A DNA stretch of 64,000 nucleotides from Octopus vulgaris (Eukaryota), in NCBI GenBank assembly GCA_951406725.2, contig OX597814.1:198648001-198712000 (forward strand), read 5' to 3'. The position numbers and the translations under genes were made by a program. Under the pieces are notes generated by a model that saw only the letters and a program-made list of their open reading frames with translations, did no database searches and was not told the origin of the DNA. Below are positions 38,229 to 51,877 of this stretch, one piece after another; positions within the stretch are counted from its first letter, which is position 1, and the number at the start of each line of letters is the position of its first letter.

Positions 38229-38823
38229 TATACTGCATTCTGTTACAGAGATATAACACACACACGCACACACACACACACACACACACACCCACACACA
38301 TATATATATATATCACCACTCACATACATATACTTGATTAAGTGGTGCCTGGTTGCGATACCCGTGATCTTGAGGTTTGCGTAGTAGCCGGAGCTCTTTT
38401 ACACAGTTATCAAGATTTTGCTATTACATCGTCTAAACGTATTAATTAAATTTTCGAATATTAATTGAAATATGAATATTCATTTATATTCCGATGTAAA
38501 AGACAACCTGTCATTCACAAGCAATTTTCACTTTTCAATAATATGTCCTATGTTATCTTGGCGGTGAGCTTGAAGAACTGTTACCGCGACAGAAAAATGC
38601 TTCGCAGGTCTTTTTCTGGTTTCATGCTCTAGTTCAATTCCGCCGAGGCCGATTTGCCTCTCATCCTTCGGGGTCAATAAAATGAGTACCAGTTGAACCC
38701 TGAGGTCGATGTAATCGCCCCTCCTCCGAAATAGTTGACATTGTGTCAAAATTTGAAATTCATATGTTATATGCTATCACTAATTGTTTTAGGTGCCTTT
38801 GTAGTTACCTGCATACTCTTTGG

Positions 38824-39080
38824 GTGGATGCGCGTGGCTTAGTGGTTAGGGTGTCAGCATCATGATCGTAAGGTTGTGGTTTCGATTCCTGGACCGGGCG
38901 ACGTGTTCTGTTCTTGAGCAAAACACTTCATTTCACGTTGCTCCAGTCCACTCAGCTGGCAAAAATGAGTAACTCTGCGATGGACTGGCGTCCCGTCCAG
39001 CTGGGGAACACATACGCCATAGAAACCGGGAAACCGGGCCCATGAACCTGGCTAGGCTTTAAAAAGGGCGCAAGAAGAAA
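38824..39080 (+). mobile_element. Full-length SINE family E (tRNA head, CORE-like centre, tail T3) with 13-bp TSD
   Basis: TSD gcatactctttgg at 38811-38823 and 39081-39093. A box tggcttagtgg, B box ggtttcgattcc. Confidence 0.92.
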
Positions 39081-41307
39081 GCATACTCTTTGGAATTCCC
39101 ATTCTTTACCCAGGGAACATCGCGGATGCGACAGCTGGTGGGAGGGAAAGAAAGATAGCAGAAACAGCAGTCGGATAGTACTCCGCATGAGCAACATAAA
39201 ATTAAGTGCTTTGGTCAAAGGCACTACCCGGTTAAGGAATCGAACCCTCAACATAACCCTTATGATTGTGAAGTGAACGCCTCTACCATGAGGCCAAGCG
39301 GCTTCAATATAACTTCAGTCTAAGGACTAATAACTGTTGAATCTTGCAATCTTTGTCATTTGTAGACAAGATTTTGATAAAAACAATTATGTTAGAACCA
39401 GAAGTTTATTCCGAAAGAGGAAAAGGCTGTAACTACGAATGTCACCGACATTAGACGGGCTGGATGCGATATAATCTTAAACCTCTTGAAAAATTTTCAT
39501 AACGTGGTTAATATATCACAGATTGGAATATAATATCATGTTTATTACCTTGGCTTATTTCCTTCTATAAAGAGAATTTGCTTCTTCCTAATTTGAAATG
39601 AAATTTACAATGAATAAATGTTTCTTATTTCAGGTAGTTCCAATATACGTTGCAGTAATACGTACTAGAACTTAAAAATTTCTACGCGGCCTCTTTTCGC
39701 CGAAAGTAAAACCAAAAAAACAAGGTAAGAAAGATAACTCTTACAATTCATAATTAAATTCCACTAACAATAAAGTTTCACTTTAAATATAATAAAATAT
39801 TTTAATGCTCATGAACACCTCTTAAACAGAATTCTTCTTTTAACAGCTGCTTGACAATCCGAATAATAATCAAGTGTTTTACAGTGTGTTGCGCTTGTAA
39901 CATTTTACGGCTAAACTTAAAAACATGCGCTATAAGACTTGGACAAAAGCTGGCTTTATATTCTCTATTCTGTCGCTGAGTCCAGTCACTGAATTACGAT
40001 CAGGTTGGGTTTCAAAGGTTTTAATCACTTAAATTACCGTTAGGAATTATTTCAGTTTTGCATTTATTTTTATCGATCTCTATTTAATTACTAAATCACG
40101 CGTTCGACATATAAGAACACAACTTGACATTGGTTTACTCTGGCGTATTGGATACTCGTCCTTTCGACGAATGAGGGTTCAACAGGACACAGCTGAACAG
40201 TATTCTTAGTTCTGTGTCTTGTCCTGTCGTCTCATACAGAAATTCGAACTGATCCAGGACTGGCAAACTCGTTTGCATACGTTGCTGCTGTGGTCTCCAT
40301 CACTCATGGGTAAATTGGACCCTGCTCCACGCTAGGTTCTTCTCTCCTTCAGAGCGTTGATCATGGCTAACTCCTAGTCGGAGATGGTTGGCTACCAAGA
40401 TCCTCTTCACCGGACTCTATTCAGTGATATCGATTCTCAAGAGTGTCTTTATAAAAATTCCTGGCATCAAAATTACACTCGTGTACCACACTTATATGAT
40501 GTGGATTTGCACAGTTTCTGTCGACTACCTTCCGTTGGTTTACCGGTGGTTACTGCAGAAGGCACTTACCCCACTTCAATGTCAATGGCTTATATCTCAA
40601 CTGCCACCCAATCGAGCAACCAAATGCTGATTTTTTGTATCTGGAATACAATGTTCTTAACTGTCACATTCTGCTGACATTGACATTCTTATTGCGCATT
40701 GTTAAAACAATGAAAATTAATTTTCACTTCCTTAACTATACCTGTTGGGATCCATTATTTACAATAATAAAAGATGTATTTATTCACAACCGTAATGTTA
40801 TTTACAGCAATAAATGATATTATTTTTAATATCTGTTGCATCAGCGATTAATCCTTTACTTTACTACTAGAAGTGGCTTTATTTGACATCGGTTTTAATT
40901 CTTATCGTATTCGACCAGAATCACTGCTTGACTTGTAAAGGTTCGCATTTGCTGATAAGCAGTGACACCGTGACAATCACTGCTAGACTTAGCTATTGCT
41001 TGCCTCATACAGCGGTCTTGGGGTTGTCCAATAGATAATGTTATCCACTGATTGCTTGTATGGAGAGAGTTCTGAGGCTTGTATTTTACCACGTTTTATA
41101 AATAGGTAAGGATGCTTCTCCTTACCCAAATTCGATCCTTATATTATTTGTGAATGGTGTAACTAGTTCAATGCTGTTCTTCGTATATGTTTTTGTTATC
41201 AACAGATGTCATGCAGTAGGCTGGTGTCTCTTTCCTCCTCCAGAACAAATGACATTCCATTGAGACATCTTCAATAGCATAAGGCGATTCACTAAAAGTA
41301 TATATAC

Positions 41308-41353
<46 letters not shown>

Positions 41354-41355
<2 letters not shown>

Positions 41356-41618
41356 AATGGCCCAGTGGTTAGGGCAGCGGACTCGCGGTCGGAGGATCGC
41401 GGTTTCGATTACCAGACCGGGCGTTGTGTATGCTTATTGAGCGAAAACACCTAAAGCTCTACGATGCTCGGCAGGGGGTGGTGGTGACCCCTGTTGTACT
41501 CTTTCGCCTCAACTTTCTCTCACTCTCTCTTCCTGTTTCTTGAGTAACGCTGCAATGGACTGGCGTCCCGTCGAGCTGGGGGAACACATACGCCATAGAA
41601 ACCGGGAAACCGGGCCCA
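41354..41618 (+). mobile_element. SINE family D head/body with family E tail T3
   Basis: After aactttctctcactctctcttcct it switches to gagtaacgctgcaatggactggcgtcccgtc...gaaaccgggaaaccgggccca, as in 38968-39042. Confidence 0.88.
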
Positions 41619-41718
41619 TATATTGTTCGAATTTATGTAAATGTGTATAGAATAATATATAAGTTGAATAAAGTTAAAACATAGTCTGGTTTTCACGTTT
41701 TTTATTATGGTATTTTAA

Positions 41719-41760
41719 CAAAATTAGCGCTTTCATACATAGTGTACTCATCAGATTTCA
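41719..41760 (-). ncRNA. Minimal type I hammerhead ribozyme (canonical core)
   Basis: tgaaat CTGATGA gtaca cta tgtat GAAA gcgc TA attttg. All three stems are formable; CUA triplet. Confidence 0.85.
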
Positions 41761-41971
41761 AATATGTCTAACTGATAGTTGAGTTCTTGACAACTTCTGT
41801 GTCCCTTAGAACCCCCCAAGAAACTGAACTTTTAAAATACATTTTTGATCAATCCGCATGCTCTTAAACATCACAGTTCACCAAGCGTACCGATATTGTG
41901 TAACTTGTTTATATTTATTAATCCATTAATCCACATTATTAACTGGTTGTTATATTATTGCTGTTATTTCC

Positions 41972-42198
41972 GTTCAGAACAGGTTTGGACATTTTAATCA
42001 ATCATTTTTCTTTTATCTTTCTTCCAACCTCACTTGTATCATGTAGTTGGTGGAAAGGAAAATTAGAAACATTTTCTAACCACATGTCTCTATATGTTCG
42101 CTCAAAGGAATTTGGCGAACATTGATGTTCTGGATTTGCTGTCTCTGGACCCGTGAGCGTTCCGATAATGCATTCTCGGTTTCAACCATATATAATTC
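41972..42198 (-). pseudogene. GIY-YIG endonuclease C-terminal remnant (Penelope type)
   Basis: ELYMVETENALSERSRVQRQQIQNINVRQIPLSEHIETCG*KMFLIF/PFHQLHDTSEVGRKIKEK*LIKMSKPVLN fits the YIGET..R..H..H..C..R..KE..I..P.LN pattern. Confidence 0.8.
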
Positions 42199-42699
42199 AA
42201 TTACCTAAGCTCTTTTGTGTGTTGGCGAAATACGTACTACAACTTAAAACCATGGGTGTGTGGCAAAATGTTTGCTCCCCAACCACATCGTCCCGGATTC
42301 AGTGCCTCTGCGTGACACCTTAGTTGAGCGTCTACTACTGTAACCTCAGGCCGACAAAAGCTTTGTGAGTGAATGTGGATTTGGTAGATGGTTGCTGAAA
42401 TAGGTCCGTTGCGTGCGTACATTTATATGTGTCTGTGTCTCTGTGTATGTTTCTATCTGAGATTGTCCCACTACCATTACTTGACAACCGGTGTTGGTGT
42501 GTTTACGTCCCCGTAACATAGCCGTTCGGCAAAAGAAGCCGATAGACTATGTACCAGGCTTTAAAAAAAGTCCTGGAATCGATTCATTCGACTAAAACGT
42601 ATTCCAGCTGGTCAACTAGCATGAAAGCAGTCAAATGATTGAAACAATTGAATATAAATAAATAAATATATATATATATATATATATCTGTGTATATAT

Positions 42700-42955
42700 A
42701 AAATGCAAAATGGGACAAGAACGCAAAACATCCGGACAGTTAGGTGATACAAAAAGGGACAACAAAACATCCAGATAGACGATACAAAGGAAACAAGGAC
42801 AGGTCATTCGAAGTTTTCTATCTTCAGTCAAGCACCAGATTATCCTCGCAATTTCGGTTGATTATTCTTGAGTTTGCTCCAATTTGGCCAGCCACTAAGC
42901 GAAGAGTATTAGATTCCTTGGAAGAAAGCAGCAGCGAATGTATACAAAAATACCG
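42700..42955. repeat. (TA)-embedded dispersed repeat (second copy 62100-62220)
   Basis: Shared tgggacaa, aacgcaaaacat, gacgatacaaa, cattcgaag, atcttcagtcaag and atcctcgcaatttcgg. Confidence 0.75.
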
Positions 42956-42956
42956 C

Positions 42957-43017
<61 letters not shown>

Positions 43018-43978
43018 CATACACGCATGCACATACACAGACACTACAGACAAGCCCACACGCACATATATATGCGTGAGCATGTTTACTTCCATGATGT
43101 AGATACGTAGATAGGCACATACAAAACATTCAGTGCTCTAGTAGCATTCTGATTTCATTGAATGCCTGGCAATCTGTAATGTTTTTTTTTCTTCTTCCAT
43201 TCAGGCGTCAGAATGCTACTTCTTATAATAAATCGATACTCGTACCATCTGCTGATCAACAGAGAAAGTTCAGTTAATTATCTTAACCTCAGGCGCAACA
43301 CAACGAAAGCAACAATCTACAACCTTACTATCTATTCGGTGTCATGGTCTGCTGCATTACTCTTTCATCCATTCCTTTTCACAACTATACACATAAACAT
43401 ACGACAACACACTAAACAGCTTAGTTAGGTAATTGAATGAAGTAGTCTTGCTTTTATGATATAATTATTTTTCAATGAACTTCTATAAATGCAAAATTAC
43501 AATTATTTTCAATTCCACCAATTGAGTCTGGAGGGTAAAATAAAAAAAAAAGATGTATATTTATATATTTATAACATTTATCACTCTTCGCAACTTGATT
43601 ATTGTATCTATTTATTACAGACATCGTAATAGAGTTCGTTGATTACAATATTCAAAAGTACTTAGCGTTAGTCGGCTTAACACATCTCAAGTCTTTGTGT
43701 CTTTATAGAATCTACAAGTGAATGCGCGTTTTATACAACCTTGTGTCTTTAATAGAACTAGCAAGTCTCTCTGTCTTTATACGATGCAAAATTGTATGAG
43801 TCTTTGACAGAACAAACAAGCGATCGTGTCTTTGATACAATGTACAAGTATATGTGTCTAAAATCCTGCGTCTTTTAAATATCTACTTGTGTATGTGCTT
43901 ATAATTCTCCATCTTCTTTTCACCTGCAAGTGGATGTGGCAGTAATACAAGTGTTTGTGCTTTTAATACAATGTACTA

Positions 43979-44017
<39 letters not shown>

Positions 44018-44346
44018 TGTGCTTATAAATCCGTGCCTTTATGCAATCTACAAGAGCATGCGGTTGCAGTACAAGTTTCCGTGTCTTCAACTCAACTTAC
44101 AATTCTTGTCTGATTCAATCTCCTACTGTATGTGTCTGTAAAACCATTTAAACAACTGTTTGTGTCTTTATATAATCTGCTACATTATATCTTTAACAAT
44201 GCAATTCTGCATGTTCACGCCAACTTACTAGTCTCTGTGCCTTAATAAATTTACAACTGTATGTGACTTTAATAAAAGTTTGTGTGTATTTAATAAAACT
44301 ACACAAATCTTTGTGTCTTTATGCATTATACAAGAGTATCCACTTT

Positions 44347-44570
44347 GAGCTGGCAGAAGCGTTAGCGCGCCGGGCGAAATGCTTAGCGGTATTTCGTCTG
44401 TCGTTACGTTCTGAGTTCAAATTCCGCCGAGGTCAACTTTGCCTTTCCTCCTTTCGGGGTCGATAAATAAAGTACCAGTTACGCACTGGGGTCGATGTAA
44501 TCGACTTAACCCGTTTGTCTGTCCTTGTTTGTCCCGTCTATGTTTAGCCCCTTGACGGTAGTAAAGAAAT
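44347..44570 (+). mobile_element. SINE family B monomer
   Basis: Head + unit + tail 1. Confidence 0.88.
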
Positions 44571-45440
44571 ATATATATTTAACATACCTTGCGATTATCT
44601 GTGATTTTATAAAGTCTACTAGTGTATGTGTCGTTAATAATATATCTCCTCGTCTTTGATATAGGCTTTTGCAGTCATTTTCGTACGTTTATCACTCAAT
44701 TTGATAATCGGGTCATTCAAAGTCACGAAAAAAATTAGCGCCATGAAGTTAGGCCATTCAAATTAGTTTTATGATCATTAAATTTCGCACTTCGGTCAAA
44801 ATAACTAGTATTTACATCATTCAAATTAAAATGTCCGTCGAGAGCATTCAAACGATTCGGAATGCGAGGAAGCGTCTTTTCGAGCATTCTAATTTGTTTC
44901 GGAGCTATCTGCTTAACACTTAGTACAATAGCTATTTTGATTTTATCTCATGCTCATTGTTATCATCATGTGTTTTCATCAATTGTGTATATGTATTTAT
45001 TATTAAAGACTTCACGAAATCACATTCCAATCTTTTCACTCTTTTTAAAGAAACACACAACTACAACAAATGCTCATTTTCTTTGATTTTGAATACTAGG
45101 CTTACAAAGAATAAGCCCTGGGGTCGATTGCTCGACTAAAGGTGGTGCTCCAGCATGGCCGCTGTCAAATGACTGAAACAAGTAAAAGAGTAAAAAGAGT
45201 AAAGATCATATCTTAAAAGTCTTTTTGTATTTATAAAATCTATGAGTTTATGTGCCTTTAATATAAGTCTCGAGTCCGTGTGTATCATAAGTTGAAGACG
45301 GGAAGGATGACTTCCCTTCACAAATACTGATAGGGCACAGAAAGTGTGTCTATAGCCAGCTGGAGGAGGTGTCTTCCTGGGGCTACAAACTACAGTAGCA
45401 TCCACCCTTAGGGGTTAGCCATATTCAAATGGCAAATATA

Positions 45441-45674
45441 TATTTCTTTACTACCCACAAGGGGCTAAACACAGAGGGGACAAACAAGGACAGACAAAGG
45501 GATTAAGTCGACTACATCGACCCCAGTGCGTAACTGGTACTTAATTTATCGACCCCGAAAGGATGAAAGGCAAAGTCGACCTCGGCGGAATTTGAACTCG
45601 GAACGTAACGACAGACGAAATACGGCTACGAATTTCGTCCGGCGTGCTAACGTTTCTACCAGCTCGCCGCCTTG
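45441..45674 (-). mobile_element. SINE family B monomer with 13-bp TSD
   Basis: aatggcaaatata at 45428-45440 and 45675-45687. Confidence 0.9.
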
Positions 45675-46024
45675 AATGGCAAATATACGTCACGATGTGT
45701 TGCCGCTACTGTTTATAACTCGCTCTGAGATTTATCATTGTTAATATAAGTCTGTCATTCATAATATAACACCATGTCTTTTGTACAACATGCTCGTTCC
45801 TGTTTCTTTAATGCAGCTTACTAATCTCCGATGTTTTAATACAACTTGCTGGTCTGTCTCTCTTTAATACAATGGGAGTAGAAGCTAGCTTCCTAGTACT
45901 TGATTGTTACTGGCAGCCATGTTCTGGGACACGATGCAGGACTAAAATCGCTTTTAAGAGGAACGAAGACATTTTAATTAATTTATCCCGCAAATAACTT
46001 CAGAAAGGCAGAGTTAATCATTCC

Positions 46025-46226
46025 TCTTTTACCTTTTACTTGTTTCAGTCATTAAACTACGACCATGCTGGGGCACCGCCTTGAAGAATTTTTAGTCGAA
46101 TGAATCGACCCCAGTGTTTATCTTTTAAGGCCTGGTACTTATTCTATCGGTCGTTTTTGCCGAACTGTTAAGTTACGGAGATGTACATTCATCAACACTA
46201 GTTCAAGCGATGGTAGGACACCCACC

Positions 46227-46264
<38 letters not shown>

Positions 46265-46486
46265 CACACATGCACACACACACATACACACACACACACG
46301 CATACACACACACACACACACATACACACGACGGGCTTCCAGTTTCCGCCTACCAAATCCACTCAGGGCTTTGGTCGTCCCGAGGCGATAGTAGAAAGAC
46401 ACTTGCTGAAGGTGCCATACAGCGGGATTGAACTTGGAACCACGTAGTAGGAAGGAAGAATATTACCATACAGTCACGCATGCGCC
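46025..46486 (-). mobile_element. Older SINE family A copy
   Basis: Diverged reverse complement of the consensus, with a (CA)n linker. Confidence 0.8.
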
Positions 46487-47075
46487 TGACAATATTTATA
46501 AAATCCCTCTTAAGCCATAATTGTGTGCTTCATTTCGTATTTATTACTCAATTTGCTGGCAAATAGGTTGCAATAATAAATATATTTTAGTGTTTTCTAT
46601 TAATGGTTTCTTATTGCTCGTCAACCCGAAAGAGATTTTATTTTCAAAATCTGAAAGAAATTTCTACTTCTTGAACTGGTATACATATTTAATCTCGAGG
46701 TTATGAAACTGGTATTTTATGTGATACATGAACAAAGGTTTCTTCTACTAGCATCTTTCATAAAATTTCTGACGAATTTAATAAGTAGCTCATAAGCTTT
46801 AAACTAAAGTGAAAACGAATTCAGCTGGATGGGGGAACCACCACTAGTTGAGCGAGCTGTTCATTGTGGGAATAACAATAAATATATTACTCGAGTTACT
46901 TACTGACATTGTATCAGCTGCAGACGACATTTACAATTCAACAAAGTATTCAAGAATCAACTATGAATAGATTTCAAACAATGTCCCAGACTTTCGTAGG
47001 GAATATGTGGAGACTGTGCGTTTCTTAATATGTTGATGGAAAATAACGTCGATTTCTTAGATTAAAGTTATAAAT

Positions 47076-47240
47076 GGCACAGGAGTGGCTGTGTAGTAAG
47101 TAGCTTGCTTACCAACCACATGGTCCCGGGTTCAGTCCCACTGCGTGGCACCCTGGGCAAGTATCTTTTACTAAAGCCTCGGGCCGACCAAAACCTTGTG
47201 AGTGGATTTGGTAAACAGAAACTGAAAGAAGCCTGTCATG

Positions 47241-47280
<40 letters not shown>

Positions 47281-47505
47281 TGTGTATATGTTTGTGTGTC
47301 TGTGTTTGTCCCCCCAACATCATTTGCCAACCGATGCTGGTGTGTTTACGTCCCCGTCACTTTGCGGTTTGGCAAAAGAGATCGATAGAGTAAGTGCTAG
47401 GCTTACAAAGAATAAGTCCTGGAGTCGATTTGCTCGACTAAAGGCGGTGCTCCAGCATGGCCGCAGTCAAATGGCTGAAACAAGTAAAAGAGTAAAAAGA
47501 GAGAG
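47076..47505 (+). mobile_element. Full-length SINE family A
   Basis: Matches 8265-8686 end to end. Confidence 0.9.
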
Positions 47506-48465
47506 TAATGGGAAAATCGCTACTGCCATCGCCATATTGTTACCTAGAATAAATATTCTGAAAGATTACTTCTGATATAGGCTACCTTATCTAGCACCCC
47601 CAGCGCAAATTTTCTTATAGCAGTGGACTATAGGAGACTCAGGCTTGGCTGTGTGGTAAGAAAAGATCCATTCAAAGCACTAATGATGATTAAAATAACC
47701 ATCTATGTACCATAATTAACGTATATATATTGTTGACTGGCAAATTATTGCGATATTCGTCCGAGATAATATCTCTTGTTGGGCGTACTCGGAAGGAGAC
47801 TAAAAGTCGTCCCAGCAGCAACTAACGTGAAAATCAGCAACTAACCTGATACTGCATTACTTGCCTATACTGGAGTAATGATAAATGTTTTATCGACTGA
47901 AAATGTAAGAAGAGAAGGCAGTACCTTTAGCATTGGAACACGGAACAACAACGTAGGTAATTTGTAACAGTATACAAATTAATAAAAAAAAACAACCCCC
48001 TGAAATATTCTCACTATAATCACTTCATCTTAAATTTCAAAACATTATTATCAAACTAAATTTATTAAATGTAAGAAGCACATTATAAAAGCATATTTTA
48101 AAGGAAATTGAAGCTATTTTATCTCCCGGAACTACGGCTGTGTTCTTCCATTAAGACCTCTATTAGTTACTTATCTTATATGCTTACAAACTAAAGATGT
48201 TGTAAAATCATTTCCGAGAAGATATTACTACTAGATATATCGCTAAGGTTATTCATTGTGTCGGCTAAAATTAGTGGAATTAGTAGTGTATTAACGAAAT
48301 AAAATTAAAAGAACAAACGAATCTGAAAGTAAATTTTAGAGTTTAGTAACTTAGTTAATTTTTCCCTTTCTTATTGTACCGTTTTCAATCTCCATTAACA
48401 ATGTAGCAGTTGTTGTTATTATTTTTATGCAGGCACAGTTTGACAGAATGGTTAGGGAATTGTTA

Positions 48466-48878
48466 GGCGGTGAGTTGGTAGAAACGTTAGCTTGGCCGCG
48501 AGCTAGCGGTATTTCGTCTGCTGCTACGTTCTGAATTCAAATTCCACCGAGGTCGACTTTGCCTTTTATCCTCTCGGGGTCGATAAATTAAGTACCAGTT
48601 ACGCACTGGGGTCGATATAATCAACTTAATCCCTTTGTCTGTCCTTGTTTGTCCCCTCTCTGTTTAGCCCCTTGTAGGCAATAAAGAAATAGGTATTTCG
48701 TCTGCTGCTACGTTCTGAGTTCAAATTCCACCGAGGTCGACTTTGCCTTTCATCCTTTCGGAGGTTGATAAATTAAGTACCAGTTACGCACTGGGGTCGA
48801 TATAATCAACTTAATCCCTTTGTCTGTCCTTGTTTGTCCCCCTCTATGTTTAGCCCCTTGTGGGCAATAAAGAAATAA
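48466..48878 (+). mobile_element. SINE family B dimer with 15-bp TSD
   Basis: aatggttagggaatt at 48447-48461 and 48880-48894. Confidence 0.9.
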
Positions 48879-49631
48879 CAATGGTTAGGGAATTCAATTC
48901 GCAACCACGATATTTGAGGACAAATATCCTTCAAATGTAAATAATATAGAAATATTCGTTCATTATGTGTAATTGTTATGAAGAATCTAGGTTAGCTCAC
49001 TCCAAGAATAACGTTTGATGGAAGTCACTGAATGTATGAATATCCCATCTTTTATTATACTAAAGAGGTACATTTTCGCGTCCTTCCCTTTACAAGAATG
49101 TATATTATTAGTGAAAAGAGATTTGGCTGTAGTTTCTTGCAAGTCCAGAGAAACTTTCTTCCTTATATGTTGGTATTTGGGAAGGAATTTCGAAGAATGC
49201 AAGCAATAGAAATACCAATCTTCAAACATATGTATCAATATTTTAAAAGACTGGAGTATTTCTAGCATCATCGATTTGTGATTCTTTATGAGGGGAGTTT
49301 CAGATATTTTAAAGAGTAATTCATCAATATTTATGGTAATAATCAATATTAATCAACACTAGAGTGGTTAGGAAAACATCCATCATGATGTTGAAGTGTC
49401 AGTTCTCAGCGAAAACAGATATCGTATAACTTTCGGTTGAGTTTCATGACAGAATATTATTCCATAACGGTGGGAGAAGTAACTAATCACTCGACTCGAA
49501 AATATCGAAACTGTTATTAATACTCTATTGGAAATAGCGAGACACGCACACAAGTATATGCATGAGAAAATTTAAGCACACACATACTCAGATATGCGTA
49601 CACACACACACACATACACATATCTATATAT

Positions 49632-49695
<64 letters not shown>

Positions 49696-50563
49696 AGACG
49701 ATGAGCGATGGTTAGAAGAATACTGAGCTTTATTTGATAACCAGTTGATCTAGAAAGCGGGGCCGCATATCAATGAAGGGGGGGGGCGCATTGATGCCGT
49801 CGAGAGGTAGGCCCCGAAACGGCGCGCATTCTCTCCTGATGACCCCATACATTTGCTGGCTTCCGGTATGCGGAGTTCTTGACTGGTAATACTTGCACCT
49901 GCAAGTTGTTTGCAATACACACACACACAGACATAAACACGAGTAATAACGAATGTGAGAAAACGAACTCTATGCAAGAGCTAGAGTACACTTAATTTAC
50001 TATAGTAAGATAAGTAGAATCAGGTGAAACTTGAGGTTTCGCGTGAGATGATAGCATGTTAGTTATGGAAGAATGAAAATATTTCCTGCTCAATACAGGA
50101 ACTAAGAATTCGTTACACAATTTATTAAGTCAATAGAGAAAATACATAAGCTATGAGTAGTAGTATAGTTTCATTATGGGTTTCGTATAGTCTTCATACA
50201 TACTCTGTTGTTTACAGTTTATCAGGGCCCCAGCACACATCATCAAATGTTTTTCTGTTTCCTTGGTGGTTTACAGATAAAAACAGAGGTTGGGATCAAG
50301 CAATGAAAAGGGAAACAATGACTGCCACTGAGGAGGCGTGATAAAACCGAAACACATGATCGGCAGTCCATTGGTGTCGTTCAGATGCTGGCTTGTCGCG
50401 TTTTTACACGGAAAGGCTATAAGGAAAAATTCTTCCCTGTAGAGCAGCGAATGTCTCTGTAAAGGAGTGTTAAATATAATTGTCAACAATGTCATTTTGC
50501 TCGTCTCAGTCTCTTACATACACAAATGCACAAATATACATACATACATATGCATGTTTGTGC

Positions 50564-50621
<58 letters not shown>

Positions 50622-50658
50622 AATAAGCGGAGTAAGAGCACAGACGAAGAGGGGAAAA

Positions 50659-50703
50659 TGTCGCTGAAGAGATCACAGATGTGTAACGAAAGATTTCCGG
50701 ACA
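50659..50703 (+). ncRNA. Candidate hammerhead ribozyme, slightly decayed
   Basis: tgtcg CTGAAGA gatcaca ga tgtgtaac GAAA gatt TC cggaca. Lies just after a (TA)n tract. Confidence 0.55.
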
Positions 50704-51362
50704 ATGGACATGAGTTAGAATAAGAACAGTAAAGAAAATCGAGTGAAGAGCAAAAATATATAGTGTGTGTGTTTATTTGGCAAAAAGAAAAAGAGAAGAA
50801 AATGACCATTCCGAAATATAACAAAGTATGTGTGTGTGTGTGTAAATCGGAAAGTAGAAATGTGGAATTACGATTAGTAAAGATTTCAGCTTCGAATAAA
50901 CATATAAATTCTGTATTTGGTATTGAGTATTCTCCGTTGTTCCCTGCAGATTGCTTCGCGATTAAAGCATTTACTTATACATACATGAAACACACGAATA
51001 TATGATCTAAGCATATTACAATCGAATAGGTCTGGAAAAAAAGCGTTGATCGATAATTCAGAACATGGAGTTGGTTGGATGAAGACAATGTAGGATATTC
51101 ATGTAGTTTTGTTGGCATATATCAAAGGCAAAACATATATCTCAAATACATGTCCGTGATCAAACTGTTGATAGGCTCATTAATATCACTTTGTTAGTCA
51201 TATAAAATACACTAAGGGAGAAAAGAAACAAACATACCATAGTGAAAACAAGCCTATGTACATGTATATATTTGTATGTATATGGATATGTGTCCATGCA
51301 TATATATATCGACATTCATTTGCATAGACATTTCACACACATACAGATACACAGACACACCA

Positions 51363-51522
<160 letters not shown>

Positions 51523-51574
51523 CTGTATAAATATATCCATACACACACATGTTAATATTCGTATATGCAATTAT

Positions 51575-51621
<47 letters not shown>

Positions 51622-51827
51622 AGTACTACAAAGTACAAATATAAGTTTTTCTCTCAGCAAGGGGGTCATAAAGTGTTTTTCTTTGTATATGCATACATTT
51701 GTACGTGTGTAGCCATCGAAATTTTCACTATATAGTCAGTATCATCATCGTTTCCTTGTCTTTCAATTATACTATTTGGTTATACATGCATATATACACG
51801 AACACACATATAGCTATAAACATATTC

Positions 51828-51877
<50 letters not shown>

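Larger units (their letters stand above)
41620..42230 (-). mobile_element. Penelope-like retroelement 3' part
   Basis: GIY-YIG remnant followed by a 3' region carrying a hammerhead. Confidence 0.8.
43685..45870. repeat. Decayed ~27-28-bp minisatellite interrupted by SINEs
   Basis: Recurrent caagtntntgtgtcttt(a)atacaatnta units at 43685-44340, 44570-44660, 45210-45290 and 45730-45870. Confidence 0.7.

Noticed and set aside
40250-40620. Possible RTE endonuclease remnant on the minus strand (KCGT..., IDITE*S)
   Set aside because: Motifs are too decayed to support by eye.
42795-42832. Minus-strand CTGAAGA...GAA in the 42700/62100 repeat as a hammerhead
   Set aside because: GAAT instead of GAAA, and no consistent stem II or cleavage triplet across the two copies.
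48987-49346. 119-aa minus-strand ORF
   Set aside because: TTG start, no motif, and it contains a decayed repeat (gcaagaaa..cagccaaatctc).
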